Source: an uncultured bacterium
Lineage (GTDB): Bacteria > Lernaellota > Lernaellaia > Lernaellales > Lernaellaceae
Assembly: GCA_964534375.1 (NCBI GenBank)
Contig: CAZHPN010000153.1
Coordinates: 1-15,099 of the forward strand
DNA length: 15,099 nucleotides
Direction: 5' to 3'
Made by a program: the position numbers and the translations under genes. The notes under the pieces are model-generated. The model ran no database searches, was not told the origin of the DNA, and was given only the letters and a program-made list of their open reading frames with translations. The first letter of the stretch is position 1. Every line of letters starts with the position of its first letter. Positions 1-9,193 of the stretch are shown in pieces.

Positions 1-148
1 CCTTGATCATTGCCAGCGACTCGTTCATCCGCGGCACCTGGTCGTTCAGGTCGCGGATGTTTTGCTGCAAGATCATTTCCGGGTTTTCCAACGAATCCAA
101 AGCTCCGCCGAACAGGCTGCGCACCCACCGTTTGAACCGGTTCCACAT
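1..148 (-). CDS. pspA: PspA/IM30 family protein, N-terminal part (runs off the window edge)
   Basis: Not in the ORF track. Manual translation from the ATG at 148 gives MWNRFKRWVRSLFGGALDSLENPEMILQQNIRDLNDQVPRMNESLAMIK, matching the PspA amphipathic N-helix plus 'ld.lE(d/n)Pe.il.Q.ird' pattern. SD GGGAGG lies 5 nt upstream. Confidence 0.85.
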   Translation of the reverse strand, partial: MWNRFKRWVRSLFGGALDSLENPEMILQQNIRDLNDQVPRMNESLAMIK

Positions 149-185
149 CGTCGCCTCCCGCTTGAATAGTTGCTTGGTTCGATTA

Positions 186-214
186 TTTATAGACGCGGGT
201 TCCGCCGGGGTCAA
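186..214 (-). promoter_or_regulatory. Putative sigma70 promoter for pspA
   Basis: Minus strand reads TTGACC (214-209), 17-nt spacer, TATAAA (191-186), about 40 nt upstream of the pspA ATG. Confidence 0.6.
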
Positions 215-231
215 TGCGCCGCGAGACGACG

Positions 232-381
232 CGCGGTTGCGCGGCGCGGCCGCCGGGCTGCGCGACGGGGCCGCGGGGCTGAGAGGCTGAGAGGACGAGC
301 AGGCCACGCTCTGCGGCGCGATCTGCCAGCCTCTCGGCCTTCCGGTCTCTCAGCCTTTCAGCCGGCGCCGGCCTCCCGGTC

Positions 382-384
<3 letters not shown>
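232..384. repeat. Inverted array of degenerate 8-bp units (nnnGGCYG / CRGCCnnn), copy 1
   Basis: Left arm: cggggccg cggggctg agaggctg agaggacg (266-297), plus more degenerate units from 232. Right arm: cagcctct cggccttc cggtctct cagccttt cagccggc .. cggcctcc cggtctca (327-384). Confidence 0.7.
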
Positions 385-1449
<1,065 letters not shown>

Positions 1450-1459
1450 TGTCAATCCG

Positions 1460-2569
1460 TCATTGAATTTCGCACGAGCCGCCCTTGAACAGCAACTCCG
1501 GCGAACCGATGTCGGCCAGCGCCGCCGCGAAATCGGGATAGGAAGTTTCTTCTTCGGCCGAAACCTGCGCGCCGTCCTGCACGTGCTTTTCGCGCCAGAG
1601 GCATTTTTTCAGGCTGAGAATCGAGATTTCGAGCATGCGGTCGTCGGGCGGCTTGGTCGTGATCTTCTGCGTCATCAGGCCCGGCCAGATCGCCGCCCGC
1701 AGGAACGGATTGCGCCGATTTTTCGCCGCCAGGCGGATCAACTCGTACGACACGCCGGCGATCGGGAAGAGCAGCGGCAGCTTGACCGCGATGTAAATCA
1801 GGTGCCGCAGAATCTTGGGCACGCCTTCCAGCTTCGGCATGAACGGGAACAGCAGCGAGAAGAGCAAAATGCTCGAAAGCAGCACGACGATCAAGAAGCT
1901 CGTGCCGCAGCGCGGGTGCAGCGTCGTGTACGGCCGCACGTTTTCGACGGTCAGTTCCTTGCCTTCGTCGAACGCGGCGATCGCCTTGTGCTCGGCGCCG
2001 TGGTACATGAATGTCCGCCGGATGTCCGGCAGCAGGCTGATGGCCCAGATGTAGCCGATGAACAGCGCAATCTTGATGACGCCGTCGACGAGGTGGAACG
2101 AAATCATATCGACCGTCAGTTCGCGGCCGAACAGCAGCTTCGGCAGATACACCGTCGCCAGGTGCGGCGCCACCACGAACAGCGCCATCGCCGCGCCGAG
2201 CGAGAAGGCGATCGTCAGGCCGATCATTGCGTTCGTCATGCCGCCGGGTTTTTCCGGCTTGGCCTCGGCATTCGCTTTGGCCTTCTTCTCCTGCTCCTTC
2301 GGATCGTCCTCGGCGTACATTTTTGCCGAGAACGACAACGCGCCCATGCCGTTCCACATCGATTCGATCAGGACGATCGCGCCGCGGAGAAACGGCTTGC
2401 GCAGGAACTTCCAGCGGTCCCACAGGCTGATCCAGCGTTGTTCCTTGACGACGATGCGGCCGTCGGCGCGGCGACAAACGACCGCCATGCTGTTGGGCGA
2501 ACGCATCATCACGCCTTCCAGCAGCGCTTGCCCGCCGACGCGCATCGGTTCGGTTGGTTTGTCGGCCAT
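1460..2569 (-). CDS. DUF1385 family membrane protein (putative metal-binding)
   Basis: GGQALLEGVMMR, YHGAEHK, HPRCGTSF and GLMTQKITTKPPD motifs with hydrophobic segments. Typical position between rpmE and prfA. SD AAGGAG before the ATG at 2569. Confidence 0.9.
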   Translation of the reverse strand: MADKPTEPMRVGGQALLEGVMMRSPNSMAVVCRRADGRIVVKEQRWISLWDRWKFLRKPFLRGAIVLIESMWNGMGALSFSAKMYAEDDPKEQEKKAKANAEAKPEKPGGMTNAMIGLTIAFSLGAAMALFVVAPHLATVYLPKLLFGRELTVDMISFHLVDGVIKIALFIGYIWAISLLPDIRRTFMYHGAEHKAIAAFDEGKELTVENVRPYTTLHPRCGTSFLIVVLLSSILLFSLLFPFMPKLEGVPKILRHLIYIAVKLPLLFPIAGVSYELIRLAAKNRRNPFLRAAIWPGLMTQKITTKPPDDRMLEISILSLKKCLWREKHVQDGAQVSAEEETSYPDFAAALADIGSPELLFKGGSCEIQ

Positions 2570-2634
2570 TGATCGGCGCTCCTTGCGGCAGAGAGTTTTC
2601 CGCGGCCGGCGACGGTCGGCGGCGAACTCTGCGC

Positions 2635-2673
2635 AAAACAAAACCCGCGCGGCGACAAGTCAACCGCGCGGGT
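2635..2673 (-). terminator. Intrinsic terminator-like hairpin after rpmE
   Basis: Perfect 10-bp stem ACCCGCGCGG / CCGCGCGGGT (2643-2652 and 2664-2673), 11-nt loop, followed on the minus strand by a T-rich tract (TTTGTTTT). Confidence 0.7.
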
Positions 2674-2690
2674 CGGATAAATCGGCGTCG

Positions 2691-2912
2691 CTACTTTTCT
2701 ACTTTTTTCCCGAAGTCTTTGTATTTCTGCTTGAAGCGCTCGACACGGCCGGCCGTGTCGACCAGCTTTTGCTTGCCCGTGAAGAACGGGTGGCACTTGT
2801 TGCAGATGTCGATGTTGAGTTCCGGACCGCGGGTCGAAAAGGTCAGGAACTCATTGCCGCACGCGCAGCGGACTTTCGTCTCAATGTAGTTCGGGTGGAT
2901 TCCCTCTTTCAT
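2691..2912 (-). CDS. rpmE: 50S ribosomal protein L31, Zn-binding (type A)
   Basis: MKEGIHPNY...CACG...[26 protein letters not shown]; all four Cys retained. Purine-rich SD before the ATG at 2912. Confidence 0.97.
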   Translation of the reverse strand: MKEGIHPNYIETKVRCACGNEFLTFSTRGPELNIDICNKCHPFFTGKQKLVDTAGRVERFKQKYKDFGKKVEK

Positions 2913-2914
2913 CG

Positions 2915-2964
2915 ATCTTCTCCCTTCCAGTCGACGCCGGCGTTCGTACGGCGTCGGAAAAGAT
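2915..2964 (-). promoter_or_regulatory. Structured rpmE 5' leader that can occlude the SD
   Basis: Inner stem GACGCCG/CGGCGUC (2955-2949 with 2939-2933). Outer stem AUCUUUUCC (2964-2956) pairs with GGAGAAGAU (2923-2915). Confidence 0.5.
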
Positions 2965-2968
2965 GTGC

Positions 2969-2997
2969 TTGATAACATAAGACGACCGAGATTTCAA
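2969..2997 (-). promoter_or_regulatory. Putative sigma70 promoter for rpmE
   Basis: TTGAAA (2997-2992), 17 nt, TATCAA (2974-2969) with an extended TGn. The AT-rich palindrome AAAATATTTT at 3004-3013 lies just upstream. Confidence 0.45.
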
Positions 2998-3119
2998 CGG
3001 GCGAAAATATTTTGTCAGCGGCGTGTTTTTACTCGATTTCTCTTCGTTCGTAAAGGCAGCCCACCGTGCGCTTCGTTCGGCGGACGCGGAAGTTGGTCGA
3101 ATTTCCCCGTTTTGGTGGA

Positions 3120-3148
3120 TTGTGGACGCATGAAGAATTTGTTAGCAT
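3120..3148 (+). promoter_or_regulatory. Putative extended -10 promoter for the lipoprotein pair
   Basis: TTGTGG (3120-3125), 17 nt, TAGCAT (3143-3148) preceded by TGn. Confidence 0.35.
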
Positions 3149-3203
3149 TTCGTTAGTTAGTGGTTGGGCCGTTAATTTCGCATCCAAAACCCAGGGGTTC
3201 GCG

Positions 3204-5189
3204 ATGAATCGAGTGTTCCCGCGGTCGACATTCTTGCTCTGCCTCGCGGCGTTGGCGTTTTTCTCCTTCCTGGCCCTGAACTGCGGCAAATCGTCCAGTT
3301 CGTCGTCCAATTCGCTCGTCGACGACGACGACAACGACGCCTCGCCCGCCGACGATGACGACAACGACAACGACGACACCAGTCCCGTGAACGCCATCCC
3401 GACGACGCTCGACGTGACGTTCGGGCCGAAAGAAACGGCGCCGGGCTCGGGCCAATACGTGCTCGCGCAATTTCCCGGCGAACCGTACATGGCGCGCAAC
3501 GATCTGAACATCAAGCCGACGCTCAGCCCGGCGGCCGGCGCCAAGCCGTTGTCGATGACGTACTTTTCGGTCTTTTCGGATCTGCACATCACCGACGAAG
3601 AGGCGCCGGCGCGGCTGACTTTCTTCGACGGGAACGTCATTCTCGACGGCCTCTTCCAGGCGGCGTTTCGGCCGCAAATGGATCTCGGCGGGCAGATGCT
3701 GAACGAGCTGGTGCGCACCGCCGACCGCATCCAAAGCGACTACGGCCGCGATTTCGATTTCATGCTGCTGTTGGGCGACGTGGGCGACAACGCCCAGACC
3801 AACGAGATGAAAACGGCGATCGACATTTTCGACGCCACGGGCCTGCTCACCGGCGACCCGGGTTGGGTGCGCGTGGACAGCGGCGATCTCGACATCGATC
3901 CGCAGACCGGCCACGACCGCGGCGAGCGCAATTTCGACATTGAAGAAACCAACCTGGAAGGCAAGAACATCGACCCGTTCAACCGGCCCGGCTACCCGAA
4001 CTCCAACGCCGACTTCCAAACGCCCGGCCTGGTGCGCGCCTCCGGCGAGCACGTGCCGTGGTTCGCGACGATCGGCAACCACGACGAAGAGAACTGCGGC
4101 GTCTTCGAAATGTCGACGCTGTTGACGATTTACAAACCCGACGACTACGTCGGCGAATGGGCGCCCTTCGGCATGCTGCCGGCGTTCGCCAACATGATCA
4201 AGTATTGGGAAGACAATCCGACCGCGGACATCAAAATCGGCAACGGCTTGTTGGGGTTGATGGATTGGCGCGATGTGTTCGAGATTATGAAAGACATCGG
4301 CATGATTCCGCCGGGTTACACCGAAGACATCAATCCGGCCCTCGAACCCGATGCCGAATTTGCGCGGATTTTGAAATCCTCCGCGCCCAACGGCGTCCAC
4401 GTGGCGCCCGATCCGGATCGCGCCTACCTGGGCCGCGCCGGCGAAATCAACCTGCTCGAACCGATGGGCCACGGTTTCAAGAATCGCCCCGCGCAAGACT
4501 TCGGCTATTACCGCCTCGATTGGAGCCAGATCGACCCGTCGTCCGACCTGCCGCTCCGCATTTTGACCCTGGACAGCACCGAGGAAGAAAACATCGCCGA
4601 CGGGGGCATCAGCGACACCCAACTCGCCTGGTTCGAAAGCGAACTCGACCAAGCGGCGACCGACGAAGTGCTGGTCATGGCGACGTCCCACTTCCACCTC
4701 AGTTCCATCTCGAAAAACGGCGCCGAACTCGCGGCGTTGCTCGCGTCGTATCCGAACTTCTTCATCTTCCTCGAAGGTCACGGCCACGACAACCTCGTGG
4801 CGCCTCGGCCGGGCACGGGCGATTCGCCCGGGTATTGGGAAGTCGAGACGCCTTCCGACATGGACTTCCCGCAGCAGGCGCGCATTTTCGAAATCGTCGA
4901 CAACCGCGACGGCACCGGCATCGTGTACACGACGCTGTACGATCACTGGTCGACCGTCGGCGACGACGCGGACGTATTGGGCGACCTGGGCCGCCAATTG
5001 GCGTTCACCGATTGGATGGCGAAGGGTTGGGACGGCAAGACCCCGTTCGCCGGCATGGGTCAGTTGAGCGACCGCAACGTCGCCCTGACATTCGCCATTC
5101 CGGCGGCGATCGAAGCAAAATTGGCGCAGATTCCGTCGAACGGCTCGATCACGTCGGTGGATTCGCTCGGCCATCTTTATCATCCGTGA
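3204..5189 (+). CDS. Lipoprotein with calcineurin-like metallophosphoesterase domain (resembles TIGR03767/TIGR03768-type)
   Basis: Signal peptide with lipobox LALN-C, then a Ser/Asp-rich linker, then ordered metallophosphoesterase motifs SDLHITDEE, GDVGDN, IGNHD, SHFH and GHGH, plus WEVETPSDMDFPQQAR. Start moved to the ATG at 3204. Confidence 0.85.
   Translation: MNRVFPRSTFLLCLAALAFFSFLALNCGKSSSSSSNSLVDDDDNDASPADDDDNDNDDTSPVNAIPTTLDVTFGPKETAPGSGQYVLAQFPGEPYMARNDLNIKPTLSPAAGAKPLSMTYFSVFSDLHITDEEAPARLTFFDGNVILDGLFQAAFRPQMDLGGQMLNELVRTADRIQSDYGRDFDFMLLLGDVGDNAQTNEMKTAIDIFDATGLLTGDPGWVRVDSGDLDIDPQTGHDRGERNFDIEETNLEGKNIDPFNRPGYPNSNADFQTPGLVRASGEHVPWFATIGNHDEENCGVFEMSTLLTIYKPDDYVGEWAPFGMLPAFANMIKYWEDNPTADIKIGNGLLGLMDWRDVFEIMKDIGMIPPGYTEDINPALEPDAEFARILKSSAPNGVHVAPDPDRAYLGRAGEINLLEPMGHGFKNRPAQDFGYYRLDWSQIDPSSDLPLRILTLDSTEEENIADGGISDTQLAWFESELDQAATDEVLVMATSHFHLSSISKNGAELAALLASYPNFFIFLEGHGHDNLVAPRPGTGDSPGYWEVETPSDMDFPQQARIFEIVDNRDGTGIVYTTLYDHWSTVGDDADVLGDLGRQLAFTDWMAKGWDGKTPFAGMGQLSDRNVALTFAIPAAIEAKLAQIPSNGSITSVDSLGHLYHP
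3321..3380 (+). repeat. Asp-rich low-complexity (GAC/AAC) linker in lipoprotein 1
   Basis: Encodes DDDDNDASPADDDDNDNDDT. Confidence 0.8.
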
Positions 5190-5270
5190 TCGAACGCGAA
5201 AAAGGGATTTGACATTCGTCGGACGGTCGAAACGGTGACGAAAGGCGCACGGGGCGCGAAGGACCGCGTT

Positions 5271-5930
5271 GTGCGCTATCTTTTCCTGGCGTTGTTGGGA
5301 TTGTTGTGCCTCGGCGCGGCCGTGAGCCTCTCGTGCGCGCGCGAGAGCAACAGCAGCGGGAGCAACGGCGCCCTCGACGACGATGCCTCGCCGACGGACG
5401 ATGACGACGATGCTTCTCCCGCCGACGACGACGATGACAACGACGACGACAACGACGACACTGCCGGAGAGACTGTCTGGACCGATTCGACGACCGCTCT
5501 GACGTGGCAGAACGGCCCCGCGGTCGGCTCGATCCAATACGATGTGACGGACGCGCAACTTTATTGTTCGGGTCTGAGTTGGGGCGGATTCGGCGGCTGG
5601 CGGCTGCCGACGATCTCCGAGCTTCGCAGCCTGATTCGGGGTTGCGCCGCCACAGAGCCGGGCGGCGCGTGCGGCGTCACCGACGGCTGCCTGGAACTCA
5701 GGTGTCTCGCTTCGTGCGGTGGTTGCCCCCACTCCGAAGGGCCGGCGCCGGGCGGCTTCTATTGGCCGTCGGAACTGTCGGGCAACGCCGACAATTGGTG
5801 GTATTGGTCGGATTCGGCGGTCGCGCCCAACAACCTCGTCGACGACGCCGGCTGGACGGTCGATTTCAACCTCGGCAGCGTCTCCCTCGCCCTGATCGAC
5901 TACAACAACGCGGTGCGTTGCGTGCGTTAG
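5271..5930 (+). CDS. DUF1566 (Lcl C-terminal-like) domain lipoprotein
   Basis: Lipobox SLS-C, Asp-rich linker, VWTDSTTALTWQ, WRLPTISELRSL, YWS and terminal VRCVR. Probable GTG start at 5271 after AAGGA; 5235 is the alternative. Confidence 0.85.
   Translation: MRYLFLALLGLLCLGAAVSLSCARESNSSGSNGALDDDASPTDDDDDASPADDDDDNDDDNDDTAGETVWTDSTTALTWQNGPAVGSIQYDVTDAQLYCSGLSWGGFGGWRLPTISELRSLIRGCAATEPGGACGVTDGCLELRCLASCGGCPHSEGPAPGGFYWPSELSGNADNWWYWSDSAVAPNNLVDDAGWTVDFNLGSVSLALIDYNNAVRCVR
5376..5462 (+). repeat. Asp-rich low-complexity linker in lipoprotein 2
   Basis: Encodes DDDASPTDDDDDASPADDDDDNDDDNDDT. Confidence 0.8.
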
Positions 5931-5931
5931 A

Positions 5932-6046
5932 CGCGGCCGAGCCGCGGGGCTGCGCGGCCGAGCCGTGGACTGAAAGGCCGGGAGACTCGCAAGGCGACCG
6001 GCAGCACGACCTCTCAGCCTCTCAGCCTCCCAGTCTCTCAGCCTTG
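5932..6046. repeat. Inverted array of degenerate 8-bp units, copy 2
   Basis: Left arm: cgcggccg..cggggctg cgcggccg..tggactg aaaggccg ggagactc (5932-5988). Right arm: cgacctct cagcctct cagcctcc cagtctct cagccttg (6007-6046). Shares exact 12-18 bp blocks with copy 1. Confidence 0.7.
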
Positions 6047-7249
6047 CCGCGGGCCTTCCAGCCTCTCCAACGCGGCTAGCACCTCGGCGACCGGCAAAGA
6101 GTTTTTGAAAAAAATGACCGGGCCGGGCAGGGCGGCCATGTCCTCCTGCCGTTGCGCGACCGCGGCGACGACGATCGGCCGGTCGGCGAAGCGGCGAAAC
6201 GTTTCGAGTTTCGCGGCGAGATATTGCGGCGTCCAGAAGCCGACGATTTCGAGATACGCCTCGGCGCCGTCGGCCCGCCGGAAGACGAAATCCGGCACGA
6301 ACGTCTTTTGCCGCACGTCCAGGATCGCGCCCTCGCGGTCCAGCGACCAGCCGTCGCGCTCCGAACCGAACGCGGCGGCGAATTTCTCTTCCAGGCTCGA
6401 ATCGAACTCGGGCGGCGCGGGCAGGCGGCCGGTCAGGCCGGAGGCGTCGTCGAGCGCCAGCACCGCGTTGCCGCGCTCCGTGCGAATGTCGGCGCGCAGC
6501 CGCCAGCCGCGGCAGGCGAGCAGCGCCGGCAGGAAGCGCGCCATGGCCACGCCGTAGCGGCGCGTCTCGCGCAAGATCGACGCCGGGCCGGTCAGCACGA
6601 TGCGATACGCCGACGGCCCGCGCCGCGTGATTTCGTGCAGCAGCCGCGCCAGTTTCACGTAACGCAAAACGATTTTGAAATCCTGCGTGACGTCGATCGT
6701 CATCCGCGCCGCGCGATAGAGGCAGACCTGCGCCTGCGCGACGTTGTAGCGCGCCAGCAAGGCGGCGGGCGTTTCGTCGGCGGCGAAGGCGCGCAAGCGA
6801 TGGCGGTCCATGACGTCGGCGTAAAGCCGGTTTTCGATTTCCGCCCACGGCTGATCGAGCGCGCGGGCGATTTCCTCTTTGACCGCGCGTTCCTCGTTTT
6901 CGAACAGCGCGCGCCGTTCCGCGACCAGGGGGTGTTTTTCCGCGGCCAACGCGAAAACTTTGAGCCGCAATTCGGCCGAATTGCCGTGGCGGTCGGTGTC
7001 GAAATCGGCCGCGTCGTCGAGCAATTTGCAGAAGGCCGCGATGCGCCGGGGCTGGCAATTCGGTTCTTCGTCGAAGAGCCGCTCGACCGCGCGGTGCAGG
7101 TCGCGGCGCGTGCGGCCGGCGCCGGCGGCGTAGATCTCCAACATGCGCGCGGCGTAGGCGAGGTATTGCCGGTGCGGGCCGCGCAGCAGGCGGTCGGGGA
7201 TCACCCGGCCGCGATCATATTCGGCGATGGCGTGTTCGCGTGTAAGCAT
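6038..7249 (-). CDS. DUF790 family protein (Bax1-like PD-(D/E)xK nuclease)
   Basis: MLTRE start, RYNVAQAQ, GPASILRETRRYG, FDSSLEEKF and FVPDFVF...EIVGFWTPQYL. Lies directly downstream of, and overlaps, an XPB-like helicase. Confidence 0.88.
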   Translation of the reverse strand: MLTREHAIAEYDRGRVIPDRLLRGPHRQYLAYAARMLEIYAAGAGRTRRDLHRAVERLFDEEPNCQPRRIAAFCKLLDDAADFDTDRHGNSAELRLKVFALAAEKHPLVAERRALFENEERAVKEEIARALDQPWAEIENRLYADVMDRHRLRAFAADETPAALLARYNVAQAQVCLYRAARMTIDVTQDFKIVLRYVKLARLLHEITRRGPSAYRIVLTGPASILRETRRYGVAMARFLPALLACRGWRLRADIRTERGNAVLALDDASGLTGRLPAPPEFDSSLEEKFAAAFGSERDGWSLDREGAILDVRQKTFVPDFVFRRADGAEAYLEIVGFWTPQYLAAKLETFRRFADRPIVVAAVAQRQEDMAALPGPVIFFKNSLPVAEVLAALERLEGPRQG

Positions 7250-8621
7250 CGCTTTTCCGGCGCGCGCGCGAGCGTTGTTCCTCGCCCGCCGCTTCGCAAA
7301 CCACCTCGTAGAGCACCGCCCGCGCGTCGCCGACGGGCCGCAGAATGCGGCCGAGCCGCTGCTTCGCCTGGCGCGTCGACGACTGCCCGCCGAGCACGAC
7401 CGCGACCTTGGCCTCGGGCACGTCGACGCCCTCGTCGAGCACCTGGTTGGCGACGATCGCCGGGAAGCGGCCCGCGGCGAAATGTTCGAGCACGGCGATC
7501 CGCTCCTTCTTGCGGCAATGGCTCAGCAGCGTCGGCAGCAAAAAGCGCGTCGAGACCTCCAGCGCCATCGCATTCGTGCCCGTGAAGACGATCACCCGCT
7601 CGCCGCGATGCCGGCGAAACAACTCCTCCAGCGCGCGAAATTTTTCCTGCGCCCGGTCTTCGAGCGATTGCTTTTCGTAAAACGCGTGCTGCGCGCGGCG
7701 CGCCTCTGGATCGGCGCCCGCGTCGGCGAGAACGTCCTTCCATTCGTAGCCGGGCACGTCGCGCCGCCGGGCCAGGACGTAGTTGCGCACGATCGTCGAC
7801 GCCCAATCGTGTTTCTGTTTTTCCGCCTCGGTCAATTTCACGGAAATGCGATAGGTCTCGTACGGCGCAAGCGAGTCCCCCGCGTCGGCGAGATCGCACT
7901 GGCAGCAAACCGGCCCGATCAGCCGGTCCAGATCGACGTGCCGCCCGTCCGGGCGTTCCGGCGTCGCGGTCAGGCCGAGCCGCCGCGGCGCCGTGCACAT
8001 CAGCGCCGCCTCGCGATATCCGGGGGCGGGCAGATGGTGCGCCTCGTCGAAAACGATCAGGCCGAATTTCGCGCCGATCTTCGGCATGTGGATCGCGGCG
8101 CTGTCGTAGGTGGTGACCGTGACCGGGCGCAGATCGAAAGTGTTGTCGCCGAGCACGCCGGCGTCGTAGCCCATCGCGCGCAGGATGCGCCGATGCCATT
8201 GGTGCATCAGGTCGCGCGTGGGGCTGACCACGAGCGTCGCGACCCAGGTCCGCGCCATAATCGCCAGCGCCACGACCGTCTTGCCCGTGCCGGTCGGCAT
8301 GACGATCACGCCGCGCCCGCCGGCGGCCAGCCAGCCGGCCACGGCTTCTTCCTGCTGCGGCCGCGGCGGCGGCAGCGCGATCAGCGGCCACGCCACAGCG
8401 CGCGGCGTTGGGATATCAACATGCAGCGGCAGCCCGGCGGCGCGAAAAAGCTGCTCGGTTTCGGCGAGATGAATCGCGTCCGCCCGCCACCCGCCGACGC
8501 GCCAATCCCAGCGCCACACGCTGCCGTCGAGCAGGCTTTTCGCCGCGTCGAGTTTGAGGCCGCGCAGGAGAAGGGTGCCGGCGTCGAAAATCAGGGTGGG
8601 CGCGGCGAGGGGTTCGGTCAT
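7215..8621 (-). CDS. XPB/Rad25-like superfamily 2 DNA helicase
   Basis: Walker A MPTGTGKT, motif Ia SPTRDL, DEAHHL, GLTATPER, LDEGVDVP and QRLGRILR. Confidence 0.9.
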   Translation of the reverse strand: MTEPLAAPTLIFDAGTLLLRGLKLDAAKSLLDGSVWRWDWRVGGWRADAIHLAETEQLFRAAGLPLHVDIPTPRAVAWPLIALPPPRPQQEEAVAGWLAAGGRGVIVMPTGTGKTVVALAIMARTWVATLVVSPTRDLMHQWHRRILRAMGYDAGVLGDNTFDLRPVTVTTYDSAAIHMPKIGAKFGLIVFDEAHHLPAPGYREAALMCTAPRRLGLTATPERPDGRHVDLDRLIGPVCCQCDLADAGDSLAPYETYRISVKLTEAEKQKHDWASTIVRNYVLARRRDVPGYEWKDVLADAGADPEARRAQHAFYEKQSLEDRAQEKFRALEELFRRHRGERVIVFTGTNAMALEVSTRFLLPTLLSHCRKKERIAVLEHFAAGRFPAIVANQVLDEGVDVPEAKVAVVLGGQSSTRQAKQRLGRILRPVGDARAVLYEVVCEAAGEEQRSRARRKSDAYTRTRHRRI

Positions 8622-9193
8622 AGGTTTTCGGCAGCGATGATATTTCGGATTCGCTCTTCCAACTCGGCGATTTCGGGACAGCGGCTTTTGAGGCCGCGGT
8701 AATTTCGCAGGGTTTCTTTCATCAGTCGGCGCCGAGAGCCGCCGGGATCGTCAGGATTGCCGTGTTGCGCGACGAATGGCTGAAAGAACGATTCCTTGAC
8801 CCCGCTGTCGCGCCTGACTTCGAGCCAGGGTCGGCCCAGTTTTCCCACGTGGCCGGCCAGCAGCCACGTTTCAACTTCCTCCACTGCGGCGCAGCACAAC
8901 AAACGAATGCCGTTCTTCTTGGCGTGTTTCTCCAGAGCGTCAAGATCCGCACGTCGACTCTGGCCGTCGTTGTCGGGCAGGAAAAGCACAAGCTTCACAT
9001 GCCTGTAACGCAGCGGCACTTGCTCCTTTATCAGTTTTGTGGCGTCCTCGTATCCATTGGCGCTGGGGTTCGTCATGATTGTCACGTCGGACCGCGGCCT
9101 TGCGCACGCTTTCATTATTCGTTCGACAAGGGGCTTCAATATGTAGCCATTGTATTTCGGATTTTCGGGGACAACCAGAACGTTAAGACTCAT
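8618..9193 (-). CDS. TOPRIM-like protein (DUF4276/RloB-like partner of the upstream ATPase)
   Basis: N-terminal strand ending in Glu (VLVVPE), DxD (LFLPDNDG) and EEVETWLLAG. The ATG at 9193 overlaps the ATPase stop (ATGA). Confidence 0.65.
   Translation of the reverse strand: MSLNVLVVPENPKYNGYILKPLVERIMKACARPRSDVTIMTNPSANGYEDATKLIKEQVPLRYRHVKLVLFLPDNDGQSRRADLDALEKHAKKNGIRLLCCAAVEEVETWLLAGHVGKLGRPWLEVRRDSGVKESFFQPFVAQHGNPDDPGGSRRRLMKETLRNYRGLKSRCPEIAELEERIRNIIAAENL

Noticed and set aside
3042..3079. Direct repeat CTTCGTTCG at 3042-3050 and 3071-3079
   Set aside because: Only two 9-bp copies, with no regulator gene nearby and no motif match; may be chance.
5209..5237. TTGACA upstream of the DUF1566 gene as an internal promoter
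   Set aside because: No plausible -10 hexamer at 16-18 nt spacing.
5271..5930. Diversity-generating retroelement targeting the DUF1566 gene
   Set aside because: No reverse transcriptase gene and no template repeat are visible in the window.
3153..7058. 1301-aa minus-strand ORF
   Set aside because: It is an antisense/alternative-frame shadow of the two lipoprotein genes and DUF790. The sequence is Arg-rich with no motifs, and its poly-Val runs are the reverse complement of the GAC repeats.
6152..8702. Plus-strand ORFs 6152-7585 and 7227-8702, and minus-strand ORF 7201-8391
   Set aside because: Shadows of the helicase and DUF790 genes with no recognisable domains.
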